From NCBI GenBank assembly GCA_965230895.1, contig OZ246394.1, positions 1,057,887 through 1,121,886 on the forward strand: 64,000 bases of DNA. The letters run 5' to 3'. A program made the translations under genes and the position numbers. The DNA comes from an uncultured Gammaproteobacteria bacterium (GTDB lineage Bacteria; Patescibacteriota; Microgenomatia; Levybacterales; UBA12049). The notes below the pieces were generated by a model that saw only the letters and a program-made list of their open reading frames with translations, made no database searches and had not been told where the DNA came from. Below, one piece after another: positions 37,950-47,372 of this stretch. How positions within the stretch are numbered: position 1 is the stretch's first letter; each line of letters opens with the position of its first letter.

Positions 37950-39093
37950 CTTTTAGTATCTGATGCTCAAAAGCTTTGGCAGATGCCACCACTAATTTAG
38001 GTTGAGGAGCCCAAGGACCCGAATGTGTTGAAAGTGAAGCAACAGCTATTCTGTTATTATCCCCGAGTAAAAAATCTCTAGCATCATCCACATCCATCAT
38101 GGCATCTTGTTCGGGAACTATGATATTTATCTTTAAACCAGCATTTCTCCATTCAGTCATTTTGCCAAGTACTCGCCCATTCATAAACGTATCCCATAAC
38201 AACTTTCTTGTCTTTTTAGCAGCCTCTTTACTTTTAGGATATACAGTTTCCTCTCGTTCAGGATCTCCAAAGTCATCAGAATAACTATTTCTGAAAGATT
38301 CATTAACTACTTTTGATGTGAGCCGACCCCTTTGGCGTAATGCTTTCCTAGCGGCACGTCGATTATGCCTTGAAGGAACTTCATCTTGAATAGCTTCGTT
38401 CAATCGAGTATCCAGCACTTCTAGTTTTTTTCGTTCTTCCTCAGATAAATACGGCAAATAATTCCTATCGGGATTGAAGTCTAGTTCTTGGACAGATCCA
38501 TCTGCTTTAGATAAAGCGCCTGAAACAATGCGAATCCCTTTAACAAGTTTTTCTCTAGCTACTCCTTCTGGGGGTATCACCGCTGATGAAACTATTCCAT
38601 GAAGAATTCCTGTTTTCCCTGGCAAAGTTAATCCGAGAGCTCCCTTTTCTTGGATTCCAAGAGTAATATACTTTGAGCCATAGCGTAAACCTTGACGCCA
38701 ATTCGCCAAGAAACTTGCTGGAGAAATAAGCACAAGTTGTAGATTATCTAGATTTTCTTTTTGTTTGAAAAAGTTTGGATCTTCTTTAACAATCTCATCC
38801 AAGGCAGCCACTGTTTCCGATGCACCAAAAGAGTAAGCAAGAACAGTTGTTGGCCCTTTTATAATCTTTTCTTTAAGATCAGCACCCATTTGTTGAAATC
38901 TATCTGGAGAAGGTCTATCTCCAAATAGTACAGAATTATAAACAGATACATTATCGCGGCCATATTGTTCGTGCAAAGCTCCTTTAATAGTACGCATGCC
39001 GTCATAAGTACCCGTCGCACCAGAAATAAACACTACCTGTTGTTCCTTTTTCGGTTTTAGAACTTCTAGCCTTGGACCTGGGATTTCGCTCAT
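37939..39093 (-). CDS. hypothetical protein inserted between recA and recX (possible alpha/beta-hydrolase-like, AYSFG nucleophile-elbow-like motif)
   Basis: 384-aa ORF with an ATG start, Lys/Arg-rich central region, VFISGATGTYDG and VLAYSFGASE motifs; no confident family. Confidence 0.45.
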   Translation of the reverse strand: MSEIPGPRLEVLKPKKEQQVVFISGATGTYDGMRTIKGALHEQYGRDNVSVYNSVLFGDRPSPDRFQQMGADLKEKIIKGPTTVLAYSFGASETVAALDEIVKEDPNFFKQKENLDNLQLVLISPASFLANWRQGLRYGSKYITLGIQEKGALGLTLPGKTGILHGIVSSAVIPPEGVAREKLVKGIRIVSGALSKADGSVQELDFNPDRNYLPYLSEEERKKLEVLDTRLNEAIQDEVPSRHNRRAARKALRQRGRLTSKVVNESFRNSYSDDFGDPEREETVYPKSKEAAKKTRKLLWDTFMNGRVLGKMTEWRNAGLKINIIVPEQDAMMDVDDARDFLLGDNNRIAVASLSTHSGPWAPQPKLVVASAKAFEHQILKDAE

Positions 39094-39143
39094 GAGGAAA
39101 TTATACCAAATTGTATGTAGAAACTAAGTTTATGAGGGGATTT

Positions 39144-40247
39144 TTAGAGATTCTCGGAGAATTCTTCATCTTCACTTTCTTCGCCGCCGACGACAAGAGG
39201 GGCTCTACCATCTTTATTCTGAGCCATGATTTTTTCTACGATTTCTTTCTGCATTGCAGGATTTTCCTTGATCTTTTCAACAGTAGCTAATTTACCTTGT
39301 CCAAGGAGCTCATCATTGTAGCGATAGAATGCCCCAGACTTACTAATAACTCCCATTTCCACACCAACATCTACAATCCCACCTTCACGAGAGATACCAT
39401 CATTTGTAATATCAAATTCCGCAATTCTAAATGGAGCTGAAATCTTATTTTTAACAACTTTGACTCGGTGGCGTGAACCAACGACTTTATCGCCATCTTT
39501 AATTGTTTCAATCTTACGGATATCCATACGAACAGATGCATAGAATTTCAATGCCATACCACCAGTGGTTGTTTCAGGGTTACCAAACATAACACCAATC
39601 TTTTGTCGAAGTTGATTAGTAAAGATAACGATTGTACGAGATTTTGCGATAACTGCTGTCAATTTACGAAGCGCTTGTGACATCAAACGTGCTTGTAGCC
39701 CCATAACTGAATCACCCATTTCACCTTCAATTTCAGCTCGTGGAACTAATGCTGCAACAGAATCGACAACCAACACATCTACTCCTCCAGATCTGACCAA
39801 ACTCTCTGTAATTTCAAGCGCTTGTTCACCGGTATCTGGCTGCGAGATAAGAAGTTCTTCCAAATTAACACCCAACTGTTGCGCACGAAGTGGATCAAGC
39901 GCATGCTCTGCATCGATAAAAGCAGCAATGCCACCATGCTTTTGTGCTTGTGCAATTGTTGAAAGACAAACAGTCGTTTTACCTGAAGCTTCAGGTCCAT
40001 AAATTTCTACAATTCTTCCTCGAGGGAGACCACCTGCACCAAGTGCGAGATCAAGTGGGAGACAGCCAGTTGAAACAACAGATATATCTAATTTTTGAGC
40101 AGCTTCTCCAAACCGCATGATTGATCCTCGACCATATTGTTTCTCGATTTGGTCCATCGCCATACGAATAGATTCTAACTTTTTTGCAGAGTCACTTTGT
40201 TGTTCTACTGGAGCTTGTTTTTGTGAATTTGAGGATGATCTAGCCAT
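39144..40247 (-). CDS. recA: recombinase RecA
   Basis: Walker [11 protein letters not shown]1/L2 loops, [34 protein letters not shown]; C-terminal acidic tail. Confidence 0.9.
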   Translation of the reverse strand: MARSSSNSQKQAPVEQQSDSAKKLESIRMAMDQIEKQYGRGSIMRFGEAAQKLDISVVSTGCLPLDLALGAGGLPRGRIVEIYGPEASGKTTVCLSTIAQAQKHGGIAAFIDAEHALDPLRAQQLGVNLEELLISQPDTGEQALEITESLVRSGGVDVLVVDSVAALVPRAEIEGEMGDSVMGLQARLMSQALRKLTAVIAKSRTIVIFTNQLRQKIGVMFGNPETTTGGMALKFYASVRMDIRKIETIKDGDKVVGSRHRVKVVKNKISAPFRIAEFDITNDGISREGGIVDVGVEMGVISKSGAFYRYNDELLGQGKLATVEKIKENPAMQKEIVEKIMAQNKDGRAPLVVGGEESEDEEFSENL

Positions 40248-40447
40248 AAATTTATACCCATTGTAACACTCTGGAAATAAAATACAAGTACCAATTTCGT
40301 CTATTTTTTGTTAACATTCTGAATTAAACTTGTATCTTACGATATGAGACATAACTCTATAATACATAGTTTTACATAAAATCACAAGAGACAATTTATA
40401 TAAGATAACAGCCTAAAATAGTATCCAAACAATTCGAGTATCGGAGA

Positions 40448-41089
40448 TTAAAGTTGTGGAGATTGTCTATTTGGGATTGTTGAACCTGAACCACTAGCAG
40501 CACCAGCTCCTGCTGTTCCGACAGTGATAACAGTACCTGTTCCTGACTTAAGAACGGAATTTGCAACTCCTCGTGCTGTCACAAGTGTGGTAGGTAAAAG
40601 ACCAAGTTGTGTTTCTTTACCAAGAGCATTTGCTCGGACGGTAAATGTAACTGTTGCGACTACACCAGTTCCTTTAATTGGAGTTCCATTTGGTGTAATT
40701 CCGAATGCATATGTGTATCTTCCAGTTTGTGGATCATTCTTATCGATAAGCACTGCTGGATTTTGAATCAATGTACCTGGGATAACCTTAACATTTGAAA
40801 GAACAGTTGGATCATAGCCAAGTTCTAATTGGACCGCTGTTACATCATTTGATGATGTATCAATACTTACTTGTGCTGTACCTTGTTGTCCAGGAGCAAC
40901 AGTAATTGGATTTGGTGCTAATGCTAAAACAGTATTTGCAGGAGTTGTTGGTTCAGGTTGTTGCACTGTTCGAGAAGGTGTTGGGATTGATGGCGCATTT
41001 TGTTGCTGTCCTGCACGAAGTGCTACGACGAAAAGTACAACAGTTACGATTACGAGTCCAGTAATGAGAGCAAGAGTTTTTCTTGGCAT
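40448..41089 (-). CDS. hypothetical secreted/membrane-anchored protein with Gly/Thr/Ala-rich region
   Basis: N-terminal TM anchor; low-complexity GTGTVITVGTAGAGAASGSGS. Confidence 0.4.
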   Translation of the reverse strand: MPRKTLALITGLVIVTVVLFVVALRAGQQQNAPSIPTPSRTVQQPEPTTPANTVLALAPNPITVAPGQQGTAQVSIDTSSNDVTAVQLELGYDPTVLSNVKVIPGTLIQNPAVLIDKNDPQTGRYTYAFGITPNGTPIKGTGVVATVTFTVRANALGKETQLGLLPTTLVTARGVANSVLKSGTGTVITVGTAGAGAASGSGSTIPNRQSPQL

Positions 41090-41209
41090 AGTCTACATCC
41101 ATAGTAATACATTTTTTTCATCTATTGCAATAGAGACAAACTGTATCACACTAGTTGAGCGAACTTCTTACTAGCACCAAGTTTCAAAGCGTTTTATAAT
41201 AATGGTATT

Positions 41210-41875
41210 ATGGTGCTCTTTTTCCTTTTCCTTGCAGAGCTTTTTATCCTCTTTCTTCTTTCACGACAAGTAACAAGGAATCTCTCCTATCTTTTATATT
41301 TTTTAACGAGAAGCAAAAAAGTTACCATACATATAATGGCATTTCTATTTTTTCCAGGTACAGTTATCCATGAACTTTCGCATGCAATTATGGCAGGGCT
41401 CCTCGGAGTACGTGTAGGAACAATGGAGTTTATTCCAGTTATTGAGGGAGAACGAGTTAAACTTGGTAGCGTACAAGTCGCACAAACAGATTTTGTCAGA
41501 AGATTTTTCATAGGAGCTGCACCATTCTTTACTGGTACATTACTTATCTTGGGACTATTGTATTATGCGGCGAGTAATCAACTCTTCGGAAACATATGGA
41601 TTACGCTTTTGATTGGTTACGCGGTTTTCGAAATCGGCAATACTATGTTTTCTAGCAAAAAAGATATGGAAGGAGCATTGGAGCTACTAATTACAATTGT
41701 AGTCGTAACTGTAATCATTTATCTTCTGGGTGTTCGCCTTCCAGCAATGAATTTAGAAAACTTCTTCATGAATCAGCTCGTACAGGATATTTTACAAAAA
41801 GGCGCAATATTCCTTCTTTTCCCTATAATACTCGATCTTGCAGTTATCGGATTACTGCAAGTTTTTAAACGTTGA
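41210..41875 (+). CDS. polytopic membrane protein with HExxH motif (putative membrane-embedded metalloprotease)
   Basis: IHELSHAIMAGLLG (HExxH) directly after the first TM region; 5-6 TM segments. Confidence 0.4.
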   Translation: MVLFFLFLAELFILFLLSRQVTRNLSYLLYFLTRSKKVTIHIMAFLFFPGTVIHELSHAIMAGLLGVRVGTMEFIPVIEGERVKLGSVQVAQTDFVRRFFIGAAPFFTGTLLILGLLYYAASNQLFGNIWITLLIGYAVFEIGNTMFSSKKDMEGALELLITIVVVTVIIYLLGVRLPAMNLENFFMNQLVQDILQKGAIFLLFPIILDLAVIGLLQVFKR

Positions 41876-41905
41876 TCTTTGTAAAAATGTCCCTTTTGCG
41901 ATAGA

Positions 41906-42379
41906 ATGGATTTCATGTCAAAGAATTTTCTCATAGCTTGTGTAATTGGCGTCCTTTCTCTCGTTATATTCGGATACTTCATTTTTGGACTTAATGGAAG
42001 ACCGACATCGAATACAATTACTGCAGATGCGCCTAGCAGCTTAACTCCAACAGTCGCTGAAAATGTAAAGATTGAAGATCTTATCGTTGGGGATGGTAAA
42101 GCTGTTAAATCAGGAGATAGCGTTGTACTTAATTATTCTGGAACACTTACTGATGGAACCAAATTTGATAGTTCTTATGACCGTAATGAACCTTTCGAAA
42201 CGAAAATTGGTGTTGGGCAAGTTATAAAAGGCTGGGATCTTGGCGTTGTCGGAATGAAAGTGGGCGGAAAAAGAAAGTTAACTATCCCGCCTTCTCTTGC
42301 ATATGGTGATCAAGCTGTTGAAAATATACCACCAAATTCAATTCTTATATTTGAGATTGAACTACTCCAAATAAAGTAG
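41906..42379 (+). CDS. FKBP-type peptidyl-prolyl cis-trans isomerase, membrane-anchored
   Basis: N-terminal TM; FKBP core GDSVVLNYSGTLTDGTKFDSSYDRNEPFETKIGVGQVIKGWDLGVVGMKVGGKRKLTIPPSLAYG. Confidence 0.75.
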   Translation: MDFMSKNFLIACVIGVLSLVIFGYFIFGLNGRPTSNTITADAPSSLTPTVAENVKIEDLIVGDGKAVKSGDSVVLNYSGTLTDGTKFDSSYDRNEPFETKIGVGQVIKGWDLGVVGMKVGGKRKLTIPPSLAYGDQAVENIPPNSILIFEIELLQIK

Positions 42380-42496
42380 CTCTCTTCTTTTTGTTACTTC
42401 AATACCTTTTTTATTTTGCAATAAAAAGCAGTATCCTACTATAGAGATATCTTGCAAAAAACTATCTTGCGTATATTTCAAAAGTAAAATACTGCT

Positions 42497-42760
42497 TTAT
42501 ACTGTTTTTGTCGATGATGCATTACGCGCTTCGCAGACTTTGCAGTCTTTAACGTGCGTAACGAGTAGGTATAAACCTGAAGCACCAACTAATATATAGA
42601 ATGCATTAAGAACATCGGGATTAAAACCTAATACTTGTTGAATAAGATCAAATCCTTCTCCATTTGCATCCGCAGGGATGATACCAAACAAACCTAAATC
42701 AATTGCGCCTATCATTACAAGCACAAATGCTATCATGTGAATCCATTTTTTTGCTGTCAT
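42497..42760 (-). CDS. DUF378-family small membrane protein
   Basis: MTAKKWIHMIAFVLVMIGAIDLGLFGI typical of DUF378; 2 TM segments. Confidence 0.55.
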   Translation of the reverse strand: MTAKKWIHMIAFVLVMIGAIDLGLFGIIPADANGEGFDLIQQVLGFNPDVLNAFYILVGASGLYLLVTHVKDCKVCEARNASSTKTV

Positions 42761-42839
42761 AAATTACTTCAATCACCTCCTATCTGCTACCAGCTCATCT
42801 AGTCTACTAATAATGCTAATTTACCGTCAAGTGGGATTT

Positions 42840-43292
42840 TCAGGAAACTTCAGTGTCAGAGTGGTGCTTTTTTTCGTTTGGCTCATGCACATGGTACTTT
42901 TCTACTTTTTCTGTAACGAGGAGCAATCCTGCTGCAATAAATACTAAATTCTTGAGCGCATGTTCACCAGCAAGAGAAAGGACAGGGAAACGAGGAGCGA
43001 ACCCCTGTGTAAACAATATAGCAAGCGTCAGGATGCTCAGATGCACACTCATTACAATGGCTGCGAACTTAACAAACTTATTGGAGAGGAATGCCGCTCC
43101 GATAAGAATTTCTAAAAATGCTGCAACAAATAATAACAATTGCGATTCTCCAAGTCCAGGAATTGCTTTAATTAGAATATCCTCAACCGGAGATGCATTA
43201 AAAAGTTTGAGAACCCCCATCCATACAAAGACAATACCGAGAGCTATTCGAAGAACCATGGTAGCCCGCTCACGAAGAAAATCTAACGACAT
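42840..43292 (-). CDS. DoxX-like membrane protein
   Basis: Start moved to ATG 43292 (MSLDFLRERATMVLRIALGIVFVWMGVLK), a DoxX-like N-terminus; 4 TM segments. Confidence 0.4.
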   Translation of the reverse strand: MSLDFLRERATMVLRIALGIVFVWMGVLKLFNASPVEDILIKAIPGLGESQLLLFVAAFLEILIGAAFLSNKFVKFAAIVMSVHLSILTLAILFTQGFAPRFPVLSLAGEHALKNLVFIAAGLLLVTEKVEKYHVHEPNEKKHHSDTEVS

Positions 43293-43551
43293 ACCAAGAG
43301 TATAGCACCTGTACAAATTAAGGACTATAATGAACTTATGAGCATAGGCGAAACAGTCATTGCATTTCTTCTTGGAGTTATTGCATGGTTGCTCTATCAG
43401 ATTGCGAAACAATTAAGCTATCTTACAGGTAAACGGATCAGGTTCCGATTGCTTCCATTGCGGCCAAAGAATCTTTTAAAACAACCCCCAGGCCGCGGCG
43501 AAGAGAAATTACCTAATTGACTTTCCAGCCTCCTCCTTTCATACTCTAGGT

Positions 43552-43899
43552 ATGTTTAAGCATCTTACAGACTTTGGATATGTCAGGTCCCGTAAAGAAG
43601 CCATCGGCTTTTATATAGCGTATTTGCTGCTTATTGCGATCGCTGCAGCAATCATCGGAGCAATTGTTGCTATCTTTATCTATGAAGACGCATTTGATGT
43701 GGGAGTAAAGCTTGGAACGATTGTCGGAATAATTTCAAGCATAACCCTTTCCTATAAAATTCTAACCGCAAAAAATCTTACAGGGAATATATGGCTCTTA
43801 CTTTTAGCTCTTATTGGAGGATTACTTCAAACTCTTGCAGGTGGAGTTGCAAGCCTTATTGTTCCTGCGTACCTTTCGACATTAAAGAGACACAAATAA
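43552..43899 (+). CDS. small membrane protein, unknown function
   Basis: 115-aa hydrophobic ORF with ATG start. Confidence 0.35.
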   Translation: MFKHLTDFGYVRSRKEAIGFYIAYLLLIAIAAAIIGAIVAIFIYEDAFDVGVKLGTIVGIISSITLSYKILTAKNLTGNIWLLLLALIGGLLQTLAGGVASLIVPAYLSTLKRHK

Positions 43900-44364
43900 T
43901 TAGATTGCACTTCCTAAGTCTTTCAGATCCTGCATTATATCCTTTGCGTGAACTACTGGATCAACATTCTCATAATGTTTTACGATAATGCCGTCAGGAT
44001 TGATAAGAAACGTTTCGCGCTTTACACCAGGTTTATCATTAAATAGCTTCAAAGCCCATGCACCATATACTTTACTTACTTCAGCATCTGTATCAGCTAG
44101 GATTGGAAAATTTAACTGATGCTTTTGAGCAAAATCCTTGTGAGAATCGATTGAATCTAATGAGATACCCAAAACGACAACATCGTGCTTCTGAAAATCT
44201 TCGAAAGCATCTCTAAAAGCGCATGCTTCTGTCGTACAACCTGGTGTGTCATCTTTTGGATAAAAGTATAATATAACCCATTTTCCCTGGTAATCTTTAA
44301 GAGTATGGTTGACCCCATCTTGATCTGGAAGAGTAAATTGAGGTGCTTTTTGGTGTAGTTGCAT
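43900..44364 (-). CDS. bcp: thiol peroxidase / peroxiredoxin Q (Bcp)
   Basis: FYPKDDTPGCTTEACAFRD peroxidatic-Cys motif; 154 aa. Confidence 0.8.
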   Translation of the reverse strand: MQLHQKAPQFTLPDQDGVNHTLKDYQGKWVILYFYPKDDTPGCTTEACAFRDAFEDFQKHDVVVLGISLDSIDSHKDFAQKHQLNFPILADTDAEVSKVYGAWALKLFNDKPGVKRETFLINPDGIIVKHYENVDPVVHAKDIMQDLKDLGSAI

Positions 44365-44653
44365 GCCACTATCCTAACACAATTGACACAATCTATCAAA
44401 AGCAGTATAGTGATTTTTTTCTATGGCAGAACGACTGACAGGAGTCGAAAGACTTTTCTACAAACCAGAACCGAAAAAAGGTCCCTTTGCACCGACAGAT
44501 CCTGCGGTAACAAGAGAGTCCTTGAGCCCAGAGAAACCGAGAAATGACACAAGACCAGATTGGCTTAAAAACTTCAGAAATCCTCAGTACGGGGAGCGAT
44601 TGGATGACTAATTAAATATAGTACAGATTCCGTAAAACCTGTATACTCTACTC

Positions 44654-45145
44654 ATGTACTGGCCAAAAGCATTTCGGGGACTTTTTGATTTCAGCTATCA
44701 GAGACGAGGATTGGAAGTCCCTATCTTTTATATTTCCTATCTTATCGGGTCAATCATGGCAGGAGCCGTGGTTGGGACGATTATTTCAGCGATTATGAAA
44801 AGTGATAGCATAAGAATCGCGTGGAATATTGATTACATAACTGCAAGTATTCTTTTTCTTATAGTAAGTCATCTCTTTATCTTAAAAAAAGGATTAGGTA
44901 ATGAGATCAAAATCATTTGGATTCTCCCCATCGTTGCTGCAGGTTTAACGCTTTTTGCTGGAGGGCACGTGATCGGACTAATAATTCCTACTATATTAAG
45001 TGCCATGGCAAATAAGAATAACCTTAATAAAAATACTTCAGAGAAATCACAAGATAAACCAAAAGAAGAAAATAAATCTGAAGCTCAAACAGTTCAAGAA
45101 ACTGCGTCTAAACAAGAATCTGATCCTTTTCAACAAGCTGCATAA
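44654..45145 (+). CDS. hypothetical membrane protein with Lys/Glu-rich C-terminal tail
   Basis: 3-4 TM segments, charged C-terminus. Confidence 0.35.
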   Translation: MYWPKAFRGLFDFSYQRRGLEVPIFYISYLIGSIMAGAVVGTIISAIMKSDSIRIAWNIDYITASILFLIVSHLFILKKGLGNEIKIIWILPIVAAGLTLFAGGHVIGLIIPTILSAMANKNNLNKNTSEKSQDKPKEENKSEAQTVQETASKQESDPFQQAA

Positions 45146-45261
45146 ATTTAATTTTCTCTTCACCCTTATTTGCCGTCCAAACCACATTATTCTCAATTTC
45201 TTGAGAACTATAGATGGTATTGTTACTTGAAAAGTCTCTGTCACAGCGCCATACTAAATAT

Positions 45262-45678
45262 ATGGCACGATTTGAAAAAGATGAATTGTTGGAAGAAAAA
45301 CGGATGATGATCAGGCTTGAAGCAGCTGGATATCGCGATTATAATAAAACGCTTCTTCTGATTTCTGCTGGTGCATTTGTCCTCTCCTTTTTTCTTCTGG
45401 ATAAAATGTCTAATCCAAACTACCTGCTCTTTCTAGTTTACACTTGGCTTTTCTGGACAATAGCACTTCTTATGCAACTCGGAGCATTAAGCATGTATCC
45501 AAAAGCAATCCGTGAAGAACTATCTGCAATGCATGGAGAGCCAAAGGAAAAAGGAACGAACAGATTTAACCAGCCTTATTTTGTGATGAGTAAGATGGGA
45601 CTTTTATCTACGATTTCGCTTGGTCTGGGAATTTTCTTTTTTATCGTCTTTGTACTGTACAATCTCAACTGCTTCTAA
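45262..45678 (+). CDS. hypothetical membrane protein
   Basis: Start set to ATG 45262 (MARFEKDELLEEK); 3 TM segments. Confidence 0.35.
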   Translation: MARFEKDELLEEKRMMIRLEAAGYRDYNKTLLLISAGAFVLSFFLLDKMSNPNYLLFLVYTWLFWTIALLMQLGALSMYPKAIREELSAMHGEPKEKGTNRFNQPYFVMSKMGLLSTISLGLGIFFFIVFVLYNLNCF

Positions 45679-46239
45679 TCACTTTTCTTCCGCAATTTCA
45701 GCAATAGATTTCTTACTTCGAGCTGAGAAATCGTACTCATTGGCATCATATCCTTCTTGTACAAAATCATCTTTATGTTTGATCAAAAGCCAACTGTTTT
45801 TCGGTCCCCAACCTTTGGTCTTTACCATTGCAAAAGATCCTTTCATCTTTTTACCGTGGAGCACAAATTTTATTTCTCCATTCTCAAGTCCATCCATCAT
45901 GACTTTTTCTCCTCGATCCCGGTCAGGTATTTCTTCACGAACACCTTTACTGATTTCGACTTCAGGGATATAATACCCCTCATCCCAAATCATCACTGGT
46001 CCTGCACCGTAGCTTCCTTCAGGGATGACTCCCTCAAAGTTACGATACTCCATATCATGATCCGTTGTCGGTAATGCAAGCCGTTTGAAAGCATTATCCA
46101 GAGTTGGACCTTTGGCAATTGCCCATGAAGGCATAACTCCATTAATCTCAAGGCGGAAATCGTAATGTAGATTGGTTGCTTTGTGCTTGTGAATGACAAA
46201 TTTGAGATTACCTTCAGCCATAATTCTATTATACACCAC
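45679..46239 (-). CDS. standalone LigD-type 3'-phosphoesterase (PE) domain protein
   Basis: KFVIHKHKATNLHYDFRLEINGVMPSWAIAKGPTLD matches the LigD PE signature (HxAxxLHYDxRLE...SWAVPKGPS); 186 aa, no ligase or polymerase domain. Confidence 0.65.
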   Translation of the reverse strand: MVYNRIMAEGNLKFVIHKHKATNLHYDFRLEINGVMPSWAIAKGPTLDNAFKRLALPTTDHDMEYRNFEGVIPEGSYGAGPVMIWDEGYYIPEVEISKGVREEIPDRDRGEKVMMDGLENGEIKFVLHGKKMKGSFAMVKTKGWGPKNSWLLIKHKDDFVQEGYDANEYDFSARSKKSIAEIAEEK

Positions 46240-46325
46240 GCAACAACTCTACCATTTATTGCTCATAGCAACAGATCCAAACTAGTACTTGCATTATCTA
46301 CAATCTTATAGTAAAATCATCTCTT

Positions 46326-46484
46326 ATGATAAATTATGAAGACCTGAGTGATCAGGAAAAATATATAGATTACCCAGACGAATTCGTTGCGGAACTTCGC
46401 AATGAATATCTCACTGGAAACGAGGACGAAGCGCTTAATCGTGCTGAGGAAGTCGGAATTGATATCCGAGAGATTATCAGTTAA
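46326..46484 (+). CDS. small acidic hypothetical protein (52 aa; not in the ORF track because it is under 60 aa)
   Basis: ATG at 46326 to TAA at 46482-46484: MINYEDLSDQEKYIDYPDEFVAELRNEYLTGNEDEALNRAEEVGIDIREIIS; fills an otherwise empty spacer. Confidence 0.2.
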   Translation: MINYEDLSDQEKYIDYPDEFVAELRNEYLTGNEDEALNRAEEVGIDIREIIS

Positions 46485-47235
46485 TCTCCATCCATTCTTT
46501 TACTTCACGCACACATCGATCCAAATCCTGCTTAATCTCAAAATTCCAAAACCGTATTACCTGCCAACCATTTTCTATCAACCACATATTGCGCGTAATA
46601 TCATGTGGCCAGATAAGTTCTTCATGATATCTGATACACCAATCAATATGCGTACTGCACCAACGATATACTTGCTGTTTATCAATTGAGTTAAAATCTA
46701 CATACGATCTTTCATGGTCCATCCAGTCAATTTCAATCTCGGCGTTCTCACCTTTTTTAGCAATTTGCATACCGATCGAACTCATAGCATCGGCTCGCAA
46801 ATGTTCATAGCCGTCAATTTCGATATCATATTTCTGATCATTTTGCATAATCGCAATATCCAGATGATACACTTTTCTCTTCCGTGGGTTTTCAATGGTG
46901 TAATCAAGTGAAGATTCTTCTGCTGAGAAAACTTTTTTCTTGAGAAGTTCTGTATAGAATTGCACCTCCAACCCTTTTGATGCTTCAAAGCCAAATCCTT
47001 TTAAACGCCAGGTATGCTGTCCATACATATCTTTATCTCGGATAACTGATCCTCTCAATGAACCATACAAAACACTATGTACTCTTTCTCGTTGCGATAG
47101 ATCCAATGAGAGCCGCTTGAGAATGTCTTTGGTGGAGATTGGACCATCTTGTAACGTATCTAAGATTTTGTCCTCCAATGATTTTCCAAACATATCAGTA
47201 TTGTAACAAACGTTTGCTATACTTATTTTATGCAT
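46477..47235 (-). CDS. hypothetical protein with C-terminal DUF559/Vsr-like restriction-endonuclease-fold domain
   Basis: C-terminal ...NGWQVIRFWNFEIKQDLDRCVREV resembles the DUF559 tail (G..V.RF.N.E......V); N-terminal winged-helix-like region. Confidence 0.4.
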   Translation of the reverse strand: MHKISIANVCYNTDMFGKSLEDKILDTLQDGPISTKDILKRLSLDLSQRERVHSVLYGSLRGSVIRDKDMYGQHTWRLKGFGFEASKGLEVQFYTELLKKKVFSAEESSLDYTIENPRKRKVYHLDIAIMQNDQKYDIEIDGYEHLRADAMSSIGMQIAKKGENAEIEIDWMDHERSYVDFNSIDKQQVYRWCSTHIDWCIRYHEELIWPHDITRNMWLIENGWQVIRFWNFEIKQDLDRCVREVKEWMEIN

Positions 47236-47372
47236 AGACCATTACATCCAATTACAGAAATGCTTATCAGAGAAATAAAAGAAGTTCGGACACTTATTGC
47301 AGATGTTCAAGATAAGCTGGCAAACGTGGATATTGATGAAGAAATTAGAAAGAGTGCTAAAGAGAAAAAAGC

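Noticed and set aside
44423-44611. 62-aa ORF on + strand (MAERLTGVERLFYKPEPKK...)
   Set aside because: Cannot be supported: short, no motif, and it lies in the divergent spacer upstream of bcp. It could be real but the evidence is insufficient to list as a feature.
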